Shown here: piece after piece, positions 27,801 through 40,929 of the stretch
How positions within the stretch are numbered: position 1 is the first letter of the stretch
Layout: each line of letters starts with the position of its first letter
Origin: Tubulanus polymorphus
Taxonomy: Eukaryota; Animalia; Nemertea
Direction: 5' to 3'
NCBI RefSeq assembly: GCF_964204645.1
Contig: NC_134028.1
Coordinates: 26,904,345-26,968,344 of the forward strand
Length of the DNA stretch: 64,000 bases
The notes under the pieces: generated by a model
The model's input: only the letters and a program-made list of their open reading frames with translations
Databases searched by the model: none
What the model was told of the DNA's origin: nothing
Program-made: the position numbers and the translations under genes

Positions 27801-29005
27801 TGAAAGGAGAGATTTTCTATAATGTTCAAGCGCAGATGATATCTTTTTCTTATAGCTATGGGGAATAATACAATTCAGTCTTTGAAGTAAAGTCATATCT
27901 GAGGAAATCTATATGAAACGCCCACAGGCAGCCGCGGCCTGAACCCGTCACGTTTGCTTCTGACACCGGACTTATGTTTGGATTGCGTAGCCATTGAGCT
28001 GACAACGTCAAACCGGCTGGAAAATCAGTGTCAGTCGATGTGGCTGATCTAGTCCGGTCAATCGTTAACAATTCATAGAGGAACCGCGATCTTTTTTAGA
28101 CCGTCGATTACGCGAATAAAAATCGTTCTGTGCCGCGATACGACGTATCGGATTTGTGGAAATATTGTTTGTTCAAACAGTGATAGATGTTCGTTTGAGA
28201 GCGCGCGCGCTTTCTATACACAGTGCGGGATTATTGAAAGACGAGAGACGTTCATCCCTGATGCGCTCGAGCGAAAACAAATCCGTTCCACTTTATTGAT
28301 ACGGATATAACAACCCGAAACAACAAAAACAATTTTTAAACGATCGACATACTTTTGATATGTTCGGTCGATATGACAAATAATGCATCATATATTCATC
28401 GATTTCTGTTTGATGAAGGAAGCGCCTGCTGTGATGTATGGATTTTCGATGTAATTATATTAAGTCGGCGCAAAATCCGTCGAACCAAAAAAAGAATCAG
28501 ATGGAACTCTCTCTCTCTCTCCCTCGGTTGCCGGCTCTGTTTATGTATATTAACTGCGGAAAATCGATGTTCAATTTAGCACTATCGATAGCCGTATATA
28601 ACAAACACGTCGAAATAGTGAGTTACCCAGGATAATTGAGATCAAGCCATAAATCAAACCATCGAAAAAAATATCTCCCTAGCTATAAATCAATGGTTTT
28701 ACAAATCAGATTACGTATTGTCAATTTATTGACGACGCATTGGTCGAATTGAATAGAAGGCTCGTGTAGTAATTACCTTATGGCTCTATCGATTACCTCT
28801 CTGAAAGTAGTGTATATTTCAGAGAAACTTATGAAACTATCTAGTACGCCTCTTTCGCAGTGGTTCTTTATCCAGAAAGCGGCGTGCGCCGGAAATAACA
28901 GAACGTATCGCGTGCATACTGGACAAACAGAACGTATCACACACAGACTAGACAAACAGAATAGTGTTCTTGAAGTATAAAACCGGTTTAGGTCACTAGC
29001 TGCAC

Positions 29006-29037
29006 AGCAGCAGCAGCACCAGCACCAGCACCAGCAT

Positions 29038-29069
<32 letters not shown>

Positions 29070-29120
29070 GCACCACCACCGCCAGCACCAGGAGCAGCAG
29101 CAGCATCACCAGGAGCAGCA
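29006..29120 (+). repeat. Compound CAG/CAC/CAT trinucleotide repeat
   Basis: Direct reading. Confidence 0.9.
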
Positions 29121-32100
29121 CTACCCATCCAATTGTTCGCCTATAAACTATTTATATTACCTATAAAGAGACGGAACACAAGGCAAATGATGAACGATCG
29201 TTGGACGGAAACAATTACCGCCCGTTTTAGCGCCAAATGTCGTAAAAGCGAACTGGTGAAAGTTCACATTACGAGTTCGTCAATCATCGTCACGCTTAAC
29301 ATTCAGATCACGTGTGGGAGGGCAGTGCACCCATATACGTGAAAAAAACAGAGACAGTATGTAAGTAAATACTACTTGAAATACTGCATCTTTTTCGAGC
29401 CGATTTCACAAAATCTATCTTAAAGGTTTATTTACTACTTACTTCTTGCAGAGCTTACAGGTTTTACAACAACTCGAGACAAATTGGAGTTCGAAATCTC
29501 CCAAATTATCTCAGAATAGAATTTTCGATACGTTGACCAGTTTGTTTTCATGAGCAGAAAGATGAATAGTAAATGTTTTAAAGGTACTGACGTTTTTTAT
29601 ACGAGTCATTTTTTAAATCAGATCTTAAGGTTATAAAAAGACGGGCTTCACGATGACTCGAACAGCGTCCGAGCTTAGAACGAGCTGCCATTATTTGCTT
29701 TTACATTTATATAAGAGTGCCTACGTTTCCGGAACAAAACTTATTTATTGTTATATTGAAATTGGTCGAAGAAAACCGCTACCGTCGTCGCAAACAATAA
29801 ATGGATTTGCACACGGTAGAAATAGATCTAATCACAGGGATGAAGAATTGCGCGGAAATGATCTGCAAACTTTTTTTTCTGCTGTTGCGGATTCGTTTCC
29901 GTCAGAGATGTGAGAAAAACTTATGTTATACTTTGACATTTTCGGCGCGGATAAATCTGGATTTTTGTAGCCTAAAAACCGCACCGAGACCGGATGCGAC
30001 CGACGGCGGTTTATAACGGATTACACTAAATCATGGTAACTGGAATAACTGTCAGGCTTAAATCATATTGAATCCAACACAAGGCGATTATCATAGACAG
30101 TATAGAATATGGACTGGTGTTTAAATCACTGCAGGCGATATATAAAAAAGACGCTTTATGTTTTTATCCCCGGCAATAGATAAGTCATTATGAAATAAAG
30201 TTAATCTTGTAGTTGCCTCTGGTCTGGTTTTAATGCGTGGTCCTGGGATTAGTCTTACTTAAAACTCTAAAAAAAAACTCTATTTCATCATGATACATTA
30301 TTCGTAGGGCGCCGCCGCGAGAGAAATAGTGCCCTTATGAATATTATGAAGCGAAAAAAGTAACAGTTGTTCCCCTGGCGTATCCAATATCTTAGCGGAC
30401 TTGCATTTCTCGACCGTTGGTGACCTTGACCGGATAGACAGACGACAAGTTAGTTCTGAGCTTGGCGCTAAACCCTTTAACCATTACGACGACACAAATA
30501 AGGTATTTATTTTGTCTCCCATTGCTGTCATCTGCTGGATGTATAATTAACCAAGTCAGCAACACACCGCCGTATATTAGCCATTCGAACAACCCTGAGA
30601 TGATGTCCAGGAAATTGCACATAATTAGAACAAGTGTGGCGTAAAAGGCATAGACCACTGCAGTCTCAAGCTGTACCGGGCGTTTATTTTACTTCCCTTA
30701 CATCCGGCTCGACTTTAAAAAAAAAACTAACACAGCCCACTTTCAGGTTGTGACGTGTATGCTATCGTCTTGGAAAAATAGAATTCCAGTCGTTCTTCTC
30801 TTCTCCTTATTGTTAAATGAAAACATAAAATTCGAACCGACCCCAAAACAATAGACAAACCATCATCATCATGATAATCCTTACAAAACTTATCGTCAGC
30901 ACTTCACTATAGCTCTCCTAGCACATTTCGGTTGCTGTGTGAATTAGATTTGCCTGTTTTACAGTTACCCCGCCCCTCTAATCTAACTTCAACGTAATTC
31001 CATATTGTAGCCTGAACGGCAAAGTATGGCCACTTTCTTAGATATTTTTGAGAGAAATATATTTTCGAGCTCGTCCCTTTTTGCACAAACGACACCATTT
31101 ACACAGCATACTGATCAAAGGCAACTCGTCTATACTAGATACCACACGATTTATTACGCGTATTTTGCTACGACCATATTTTTCCTGGCCTTGTAATCTT
31201 TGTGACAGGATGATAGGAACGCAACCGCGTTCAGTGAGAAGATAAAAGCTAGAAGAGACACGAAAAGCCACAGTCGTGCTCTAATTGTGTTGACGTTCTC
31301 AGTTATACCGCGTAGTTTGTCGATAGCTATAATTCAGTGACACTCTTCGTTTCAACTGTGGGTTTGTTATTGGTGGTAATTACACTCTCTACTGTCTCCA
31401 TCGAAGGTAAAATGTAGAACCATCGGGAGGTCTCAGCGGCGCGTATAGATTCTGAAGTGTTTCTTTGTGATAGCAAATAGCGCGCCTCGGCCATTTCAGA
31501 TCCTAACGCAATCCCATTTCAGCTATATTGTCGCGATATCTCGACCTAGTAGCACCTAGAAGGTCGATGGGAAAACTTCTCCTTTGTGGCAAGTGAGGAT
31601 CCGCTAGGTTCGCTACTAGTACTGTAACTCGGTCTTTCGCGTTTGATTTCTGGGGGCAGTTGATGAAAACCTGTTTTAAGATGTTTAACTGCTTAACTGT
31701 TTTTATTATCGCCGTATCAATCGTCGCCTGGTTTATCTAAGCCAATTCTATTTTTACTACGTCAAGTTTAACGCTTAACCGGATTTGAAGGCCACGGATT
31801 CGCTTCTGGGATTGTTCATAGTTCACAGAAAGTTCCACGTATCTAATTATCTCTATAATCATATTTCTTGTAAATGGGATGTTTTTTACGGGAAACTGAT
31901 TTACGTAGAGCATGAAATAAATGGACGCATCGCCAGCAATCTACATTCATGGAAGTAGACGCCGGGACGATTTGGTGATTGTTCTTCTTTACGCCGAGAA
32001 GTGCCTGTCATCTTCAATATCATATCAATATGAGTATGTTTGGCCGACTATTAGTTTGCGTTCAATTTCCAACCAGGCGCCGCTTGTCTCTCTATCTACG

Positions 32101-33363
32101 CAACAATCCAGTGATTGCAAAATACGAATGAGGAAACGGATTTCCAAGAAAGAATCGTATGTTATGTTATTGACAAGACATATCGAATTATTTGCCTATT
32201 TGTCAAGTGTTTTTGTACTTGTATTCTAGTATCTACTGTGATTTTGAGTGTGTTTGGGGATGGGTTTTCCTGTGAGAGAATTTATCACATAAAATCGGTT
32301 TTTGTGGCTTGATTGTGTGATAAACATGAACTTACCATTCTGAAACATGGCCTCCTCGTGTCAATAATTCGTTAGTAATAAATTGATTTAGCCAACCTAT
32401 AATTACACAATATGACGTATGAGTTTTGTGACCATAACAACAATAGCCCCACAATAATTACTTTTTATAAGTTTATACTTTTTTATAAACTTTAGATAAA
32501 CTTTAAATCAAATCCTGGAGAAAAAAAGTTCACGTGGGTGGTCTACATGTAGTGGCTCATCTTGGACAACACCCCTCCCGCTGAAGAAATCGTTTCGGCA
32601 TCTTGGACGTACCATACGAACCAATTTCCACAGAAAGTGAATCAGCATTGGACTACAGTGACTACGAGCATGCGCTACACAGTCCGAGGCCTAAAAAATA
32701 AAGGAAACTCCTGTCAGTATTTATACATCATGTTTCTGAGAAACTTTTTATTACCGTTTACAGACAAAAGAAACGGCATGTATATTTAGAATCATTTTAC
32801 CGCAAATGTTTCATAATCTTCAAAACAGATTCGTTTCTCGTTTCTTGGAAAACTGTGAAACCTTTTGATAGCGCGTGTTCAACTGAAATGACCGTTTGAA
32901 CGCATCGGAAGATCTACCGAAAAAAACCTTCTATAAGTATATTCATATGTAATGTGATAGATATCATCGAAACATCATCATCGATTTTTCAAGGCGGCAA
33001 TAAACTTTCAAGTTAGTTTTCTAATTCGGGGACAACGACATCACAACCACGACATCACAACCACGACATCACAACCACGATATCCCACTGCGAGCAACAA
33101 AGCTTTTTCGCTATCAAAGGAATACATAAAATGTGCGCGGAAAGTCGTAATTGAATTTCGGTGCTGTGAAACAGCGTGAATATTGCGTAAATTAGATTCG
33201 ATGATATGTAATAATTACATGATGAAAGAGACGCCAACGTAGACACCATTCAACGCAATTACTATCGATACCAGTCGTCTTACTGTGACGTCATCGTTCT
33301 CATTTTCAAACCGCGCCGATCAGTGCGCGAGTCACGAAACTGCAAGTGGCTTCCATTTTCCAC

Positions 33364-35111
33364 GGTAGAGGTCTAGGTAAAGTGTTGGTAGAGGTCTAGG
33401 TAAAGTGTTGGTAGAGGTCTAGGTAAAGCGTTGGTAGAGGGCTAGGTAAAGTGTTGGTAGAGGTCTAGGTAAAGCGTTGGTAGAGGTCTAGGTAAAGTGT
33501 TGGTAGAGGGCTAGGTAAAGAGTTGGTAGAGGTCTAGGTAAAGCGTTGGTAGAGGTCTAGGTAAAGCGTTGGTAGAGGGCTAGGTAAAGCGTTGGTAGAG
33601 GGCTAGGTAAAGCGTTGGTAGAGGTCTAGGTAAAGCGTTGGTAGAGGGCTAGGTAAAGCGTTGGTAGAGGGCTAGGTAAAGCGTTGGTAGAGGGCTAGGT
33701 AAAGCGTTGGTAGAGGGCTAGGTAAAGCGTTGGTAGAGGTCTAGGTAAAGCGTTGGTAGAGGGCTAGGTAAAGCGTTGGTAGAGGTCTAGGTAAAGTGTT
33801 GGTAGAGGTCTAGGTAAAGCGTTGGTAGAGGGCTAGGTAAAGCGTTGGTAGAGGTCTAGGTAAAGCGTTGGTAGAGGGCTAGGTAAAGCGTTGGTAGAGG
33901 TCTAGGTAAAGTGTTGGTAGAGGTCTAGGTAAAGTGTTGGTAGAGGGCTAGGTAAAGCGTTGGTAGAGAGCTAGGTAAAGCGTTGGTAGAGAGCTAGGTA
34001 AAGCGTTGGTAGAGGTCTAGGTAAAGTGTTGGTAGAGGGCTAGGTAAAGCGTTGGTAGAGGGCTAGGTAAAGCGTTGGTAGAGGGCTAGGTAAAGCGTTG
34101 GTAGAGGGCTAGGTAAAGCGTTGGTAGAGGTCTAGGTAAAGCGTTGGTAGAGGTCTAGGTAAAGCGTTGGTAGAGGGCTAGGTAAAGTGTTGGTAGAGGT
34201 CTAGGTAAAGCGTTGGTAGAGGTCTAGGTAAAGTGTTGGTAGAGGTCTAGGTAAAGCGTTGGTAGAGGGCTAGGTAAAGCGTTGGTAGAGAGCTAGGTAA
34301 AGCGTTGGTAGAGAGCTAGGTAAAGCGTTGGTAGAGAGCTAGGTAAAGCGTTGGTAGAGGTCTAGGTAAAGCGTTGGTAGAGGGCTAGGTAAAGCGTTGG
34401 TAGAGGGCTAGGTAAAGTGTTGGTAGAGGTCTAGGTAAAGCGTTGGTAGAGGGCTAGGTAAAGCGTTGGTAGAGGGCTAGGTAAAGCGTTGGTAGAGGGC
34501 TAGGTAAAGCGTTGGTAGAGAGCTAGGTAAAGCGTTGGTAGAGGGCTAGGTAAAGCGTTGGTAGAGGGCTAGGTAAAGCGTTGGTAGAGGGCTAGGTAAA
34601 GCGTTGGTAGAGAGCTAGGTAAAGCGTTGGTAGAGGTCTAGGTAAAGCGTTGGTAGAGGTCTAGGTAAAGCGTTGGTAGAGGGCTAGGTAAAGCGTTGGT
34701 AGAGGGCTAGGTAAAGCGTTGGTAGAGAGCTAGGTAAAGCGTTGGTAGAGGGCTAGGTAAAGCGTTGGTAGAGGTCTAGGTAAAGCGTTGGTAGAGGGCT
34801 AGGTAAAGCGTTGGTAGAGGTCTAGGTAAAGCGTTGGTAGAGGGCTAGGTAAAGCGTTGGTAGAGGTCTAGGTAAAGCGTTGGTAGAGGGCTAGGTAAAG
34901 CGTTGGTAGAGGGCTAGGTAAAGCGTTGGTAGAGGTCTAGGTAAAGCGTTAGTAGAGGTCTAGGTAAAGCGTTGGTAGAGGGCTAGGTAAAGCGTTGGTA
35001 GAGGTCTAGGTAAAGCGTTGGTAGAGGTCTAGGTAAAGCGTTGGTAGAGGGCTAGGTAAAGCGTTGGTAGAGGGCTAGGTAAAGCGTTGGTAGAGGGCTA
35101 GGTAAAGCGTT
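33364..35111 (+). repeat. 23-bp minisatellite (GGTAGAGG[G/T]CTAGGTAAAG[C/T]GTT), ~76 copies
   Basis: Direct reading; variation is largely confined to two sites of the unit. Confidence 0.97.
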
Positions 35112-35609
35112 CCACGGTAAAAGTCTGTCAGTCGTGTCTACTCATTCTAGTCGGCCACCAGTAACGACCTACCGACATACGCTCAAATATGAGACGATAA
35201 ATTATTAGGTTGATGGAATTAAATCTGTCAGAAATCAATTTTCTAAGGTTTCTTTTTTCCATGGTACTTTTGTATTATTATGCGATAATTTGTAATCGCT
35301 CGAACTGATGCGCGATCCTGACATTTGCGATATAATTATTAGCATAATAAGAACTGATTAATGATAATGGCAGCTAGTGCCGAGTAGAGTTGATGAGTTC
35401 TAATTGAAGGCTATTAAGAATATTCCGTACGAGGAAGAGGAAAAATCCGTCATTAGATTAAATAGAGAGGAGCAATTTGACGTAAGACGATTGTGTGTTA
35501 AATTCAATTCGTTATGACGTCACCGTTGAGAAAAATATTCCACCTAAAAGAGCGATTTTTTTTTTTATTAATTAAACGATCGAGACGAGATGAACTTGTG
35601 AAAGTTAAA

Positions 35610-35752
35610 GTTAACTCTGAGTTAGAATTAGTTTATTCTCAATGAGTTAACTCTGAGTTTATTTTCTATGAGTTAACTCTCAGTTTATTTTCAATGAGTT
35701 AACTCTGAGTTTATTTTCAATGAGTTAACTCACAACTGTCGAACTGGGTCCC
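35610..35752. repeat. GAGTTAACTC-containing 26-bp tandem array ending in a MITE-like terminus (aactgggtccc)
   Basis: Repeated tgagttaactctgagtttattttc. Confidence 0.65.
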
Positions 35753-36183
35753 GGGTTAAAAATCCTCGACGTTTCTATGGGAATTATGCTACTGGTTAAG
35801 CTCATAAGATAAATAGATGATTAATTGAATTGTGTAAAATCACTGATTTTATTTCGGACGGAATTTAGTTTTATACCGAATAAACGACGTGAACACAAAT
35901 ACTGCTGACTATCCCCGCAACATCAGTGCGCCTGCGCATACTACAATCACAGCCAGTGACGTCATCAATCTTGTAGCGGTATTTCCGGTGTTGCACTTCT
36001 CCGCCTGATTACAACAGGAAGTACATCGTAAATAGGTCAAACCGAATCCGTTATAGCGACATCCCCAGTAACACTTATCAGCGCAGCCTCGTTCTATATT
36101 GATGACGACTCCTTGGACCTCTTGACGTTCAACCTGAGAGTAATAAAATCAAACTGAGTTTTATCAACTCATATCGAATTATG

Positions 36184-36465
36184 CAATATCGAACTGCAAA
36201 CAATACAATACGGAACTGCAAACAATACAATATGGAACTGCAAACAATACAATATGGAACTGCAAACAATACAATATGGAACTGCAAACAATACAATATG
36301 GAACTGCAAACAATACAATATCGAACTGCAAACAATACAATATCGAACTGCAAACAATACAATATGGAAGTGCAAACAATACAATATGGAACTGCAAACA
36401 ATACAATATCGAACTGCAAACAATACAATACGGAACTGCAAACAATACAATATGGAACTGCAAAC
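36184..36465 (+). repeat. 22-bp minisatellite (CAATATGGAACTGCAAACAATA), ~13 copies
   Basis: Direct reading. Confidence 0.95.
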
Positions 36466-39400
36466 GCAGATATAGTAATCGAGGTTTGCACTTATCAAGG
36501 TTAGCAATAAAACAATGATTTATGAACGATACGAAGTAGCATAAGTAAATAAAAAATGGCGCTGGACGACGGTTGAAAGATCCAGTCGCCCATAAACTCA
36601 CATTCACGCGCATACATACCCCGTTCATACACCTACTCATTACAGGAGACAAAACGTGTCACATCAGATATACATATATCATACTTAAATTCAATCAGAT
36701 GAATGAGATCATTTCCAAAAGATGTGAGAACTAATTTTTCTATAGCGAGTTCCAGCCTTTCGGGTCTTTATAGATTATTGTATTGTAAAGGTAAACATCT
36801 TATTTCTTACATTATGGCTTCAACTTTGCCAGGTTTGCTGGTAGTTACTCCGTCTTTCGTGTTCAATCTTAATCAATGATTCAGTTGAAATCGAATGAAC
36901 GTTTCTCATAATGAATCGATGAAATATACAGCTATCAAGCTCTTTACCGCAGACCATTTTATCATTACCAAAAAGGGTACAATCGTAGCCAGCAAAGATA
37001 TTTCACATGGGACTCGACCATGTTATTGACTCACTCGAGGTTTTGGTCGATTTTGGACACGAGATTTAGAGATAATAAAACCATTGAACCAGTAAAAATA
37101 TCGCGTCATCCAAAATAGCTGTTTTAAAGGCGAATTGAGAATTAAGGGCCACCAGAATATGTTATTTGCATTGGATTCATGCTCCTTACAAAAACTGTAT
37201 CAACCAACTGAAAAAAATGACCGAACCTTCACTCTTTGAAATACAATATAAATCCAGCTAAGGCTGGTCAGTGAGACAGAGGGTGTAACCTGATTGAAAG
37301 TCTAGACAAATCAGTTTAATCTAACCTTGCAATACTTGTCTCTTTTGCCGCATCGAATGACGTCAATGTCTGAGAGGTTAAAAAGACATTCGCTTTTTGC
37401 GTTAAATTTCAATTTAAACGCATCCTTACAAGTGTAACACGACAGATTCGTTCCATCAAATACTTCACCAGTGACGCTTGAGAAATCTGTAAAAAAACCA
37501 TCGAAAATAGCCTTCGGAACAACAGCGATGATATCAACGAGTTAAAAACCACAGTGTTGGAAAGTTAGTTGATAAATGTAACAGTTTCGGGGTCTATACT
37601 TCTAAATCACGTGACACCGGACCTACCTGATATCAAAAACAAGACGACTAAATACATATAGTTATTTATGATACAGTAGTTCACCATTCTATTCATAACA
37701 CAATGCACGTATAAATGCACGCTATGTTGACTATAAAACACGTGTTAATATCTTCCGCATAGTTCAACGACATAAAATCCCGATTTACTTTCGATTTGTT
37801 TGTAAAATGTACAAACTCTAAGAACAGTCTTCATCCTAGTGAGCCTTTAACTGCGTATTGTATATAATCGTTCATAAGGTTCGTTTATACGTAATCGACA
37901 GAATACCATCACCCAGCATTCACGATAACAGCCTTCACGAATTCAGAATCCTATCGAAGTTTCAAATTCCAATTATAATCCGGAAAGATTTTTACGTAAT
38001 TGATAGTAAACCCACGATTATGAAACAAATGGTTATTCAGACTTCGACGACGCACGCAGTTACCGTAGATGTATCTGTCTTAAAAATGTGCAAAGTTCGA
38101 TCTGAATAAAGATTCATTCAATATAATTGTGGGTTTCTATTATCATTACAAACAGAATCGTGCTTATGTCCAGTACGAGTATTAGATCTCACACTATCTG
38201 CAGCATACAGCCGCAGTAGCAGTATAGTATATCTGTATGAAAGGTTTATTAGCTCCAGTTTATTACGAGCAGCCACGAATCGATATACGATAATTTCACG
38301 TAACTCGTTTCCCATTTCCGCTGACAGGTAAATACCATTATTCCCATCACATAAACGAGCGTCACTCGAAAACTTATTAAATTCGCCGTTCGAGCAAATC
38401 CGCCGTTGCCTGGAGACGACGTATACAAAGTATTATACGCAAATTGAAAAGTAATTTTTTCTGTAGGTTGAACAGAAACGACTGTGACCGGATCTCGTGG
38501 TACATTTAAACCCGCTTGAGTCGTCACATTCTTAAAGTCATCTCCTCACACGTCGTATTACAGTGAAATTCACTATATGTCATTGTGATGATCATTATGT
38601 TTACGACTTATCCAAAAGATCACTTAATATACATCTATATTATGTATTAAGTAACTGAATTAGAAAAAATACACGTGTATAAATTCGAACTCAAAGATAC
38701 AGACACGAGTAATGTTGAGTAATTTAACGACTTAAATGCGATGACGATTTCACAAAGTCATATTGTGCCATTTTTTATACGAATTGCGAAAAACACATTT
38801 GGGAAGCGTTCGTCGTTGTGTGACGATTGTGAGATTATTTGTAATTGTGAGCTTTGGTTTGTTTGTTTAAACTGTGATCTATATACGTTATGAAAACTAA
38901 TGGGAATGAGTACCATTTTATTCTGGAATACCCTTTAGAATCTTCGCAACCCGATTCTCAAAACCAACGAGAATTTTTATTATAAAGCGCAAATCGAACT
39001 ATCCTTTAAATCTGTGTCTTATTCAATTAAGGTAAATACATGATTCTCACGCGCATAAAATTGATCCTTATAATATTAGACAATCATTTTCCAACCGTAG
39101 CCTCAGGACTTCATTAGGTCAAACTGTCAGGCGGTGTCGAGCTGGCCGATTATTTTTTTCGCATGCCGCTCTTACAACTGAAAGAACGTTCGAATAATTT
39201 GGCGATATCGTGTACATCCAATTATCAGTTACAATATACGGCTGAATAGCATAATGTTAATGATGAGAAAATATTCGTTTGCTTATTGCGTGCAGCAACA
39301 ATAAACGTCTAGATATACGCGAATATAAAAGATCGGAACCACTTTTAAACTTTACCGAGAATGTACGAACGACATGATTTTAATCGATGACAAACTTGAA

Positions 39401-39849
39401 TGGGAATTTAGCTATCAAAATTCTAGTGAATAAATTACCTTCGCGTTGAAAAGGTAGCCTCACTTCTCGATATATTCATTGAATTCTGTTTTATAGTTGT
39501 TATATTATATATGTTGTACGACACGAGTTTGATATATCAGTGTTTTTTGGGTGACGACGGTGTCTATGATCACACGCGCGAAATAGAATGTGGAATTTAT
39601 ACGCAGTAGTACATCAGAATAGCAGCGATAAACAATACAAAAACATTTAATCTATATAAAGGTATGGAATAATTAAGTTATTTTTTAGAATATCGTATCG
39701 TTTTCAGTAAACAAAAACAAATAAAGAATAGATTCGTACTGTGTCAGTGTGTGGAGGTTACTTTAGGAAACCACATCTCGGGTAGATGTTGCGCAATATC
39801 ATATTATATTGATGATGATGATGAGATTCGTGTCTGGAATATAGCAATT

Positions 39850-39918
39850 TATATCATATCATATCATATCATATCATATCATATAATATCATATCATATC
39901 ATGTCATATCATATCATA
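39850..39918 (+). repeat. (ATATC)n microsatellite
   Basis: Direct reading. Confidence 0.9.
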
Positions 39919-40929
39919 ATTTAACATCAAATAGGGCTATAGGCCTATATACAAACTGATAGCCTCTTGGTTTTGATATTTAATGTTCCTCTCGTGAAGT
40001 AGGTACTCGATTTACACTGCGATCTCATAAATTGTACTTCCTTAGGTTCCTGCCAAGAAAGGTCCTATTTTTGTCTCCTGTACGTGGTTTTTTAAAAATG
40101 ATTTTATAAAATCAGTTTTTCTCTTATTGCAAGAAAAACATCAAAGATGTCTTTATCCGTTTTTGTGGTGTGGATTTATGATTCAAGTTCACATTTACCC
40201 AACAAATTTCAGCTACTAAAATTTCGGGATATTTTAGGTCGAACTACATTTCTTTTCATCCATAGTTTGCTTATTGTAATTGTTTTTTCGGTAACAAAAC
40301 CGATAGAAAACTTGAGTGTATCGGCTTTAGTTAGAAACTCACGAGCTTCCTTACCTAGACTTTATTGACTAGAAAACGATTTCGAAATAAGCAAAAATGT
40401 TTAGAAAATATTTTATAGTTTTTATATATATATTTTATGGTAGAATATATTGACGCTCCTGTCTTAAGAACGTATTATATAACTGAATATAAATCTAGAA
40501 ATTGTCGCCAACAGAAAAACCTTCCTCGCGATTCAACATGATTTATGTCAAATTTCAAAGAAGTGCTTGGGAATTCTTTTGCTATTGTGCTTTGTGCCGT
40601 TATATAGCCTTTTGACTAGTTTCATATTGAGATTACGCTTTAAAAACCAATTTGAAAAACATTAAATTCAAGACGCGCTTATGATTTTTATATTCATTTC
40701 AAATAAAACTCGACGAACGCGTGTGTATGACGTCACACACACGCGTTGCCACGTCACACACACGCGTTTTCAAACTGACCACGTTTTTATCCTATATGAA
40801 CATATAACCAAATGACGTCAGACTGTATTTGAATATGCGTATGTATTTTAGGTAGATTGAGAACGGTTAGAATACATCATCAGAATACTGCGACAGATTC
40901 GGCAGACATTGTTTGAGTCGAGACCGAGA

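Noticed and set aside
33364-35111. CRISPR-like array
   Set aside because: Head-to-tail 23-mers with no unique spacers, no cas genes, eukaryotic context. The same applies to the other arrays.
36129-36652. Cys-rich ORFs in six frames
   Set aside because: Artefact of a stop-poor 22-bp repeat.
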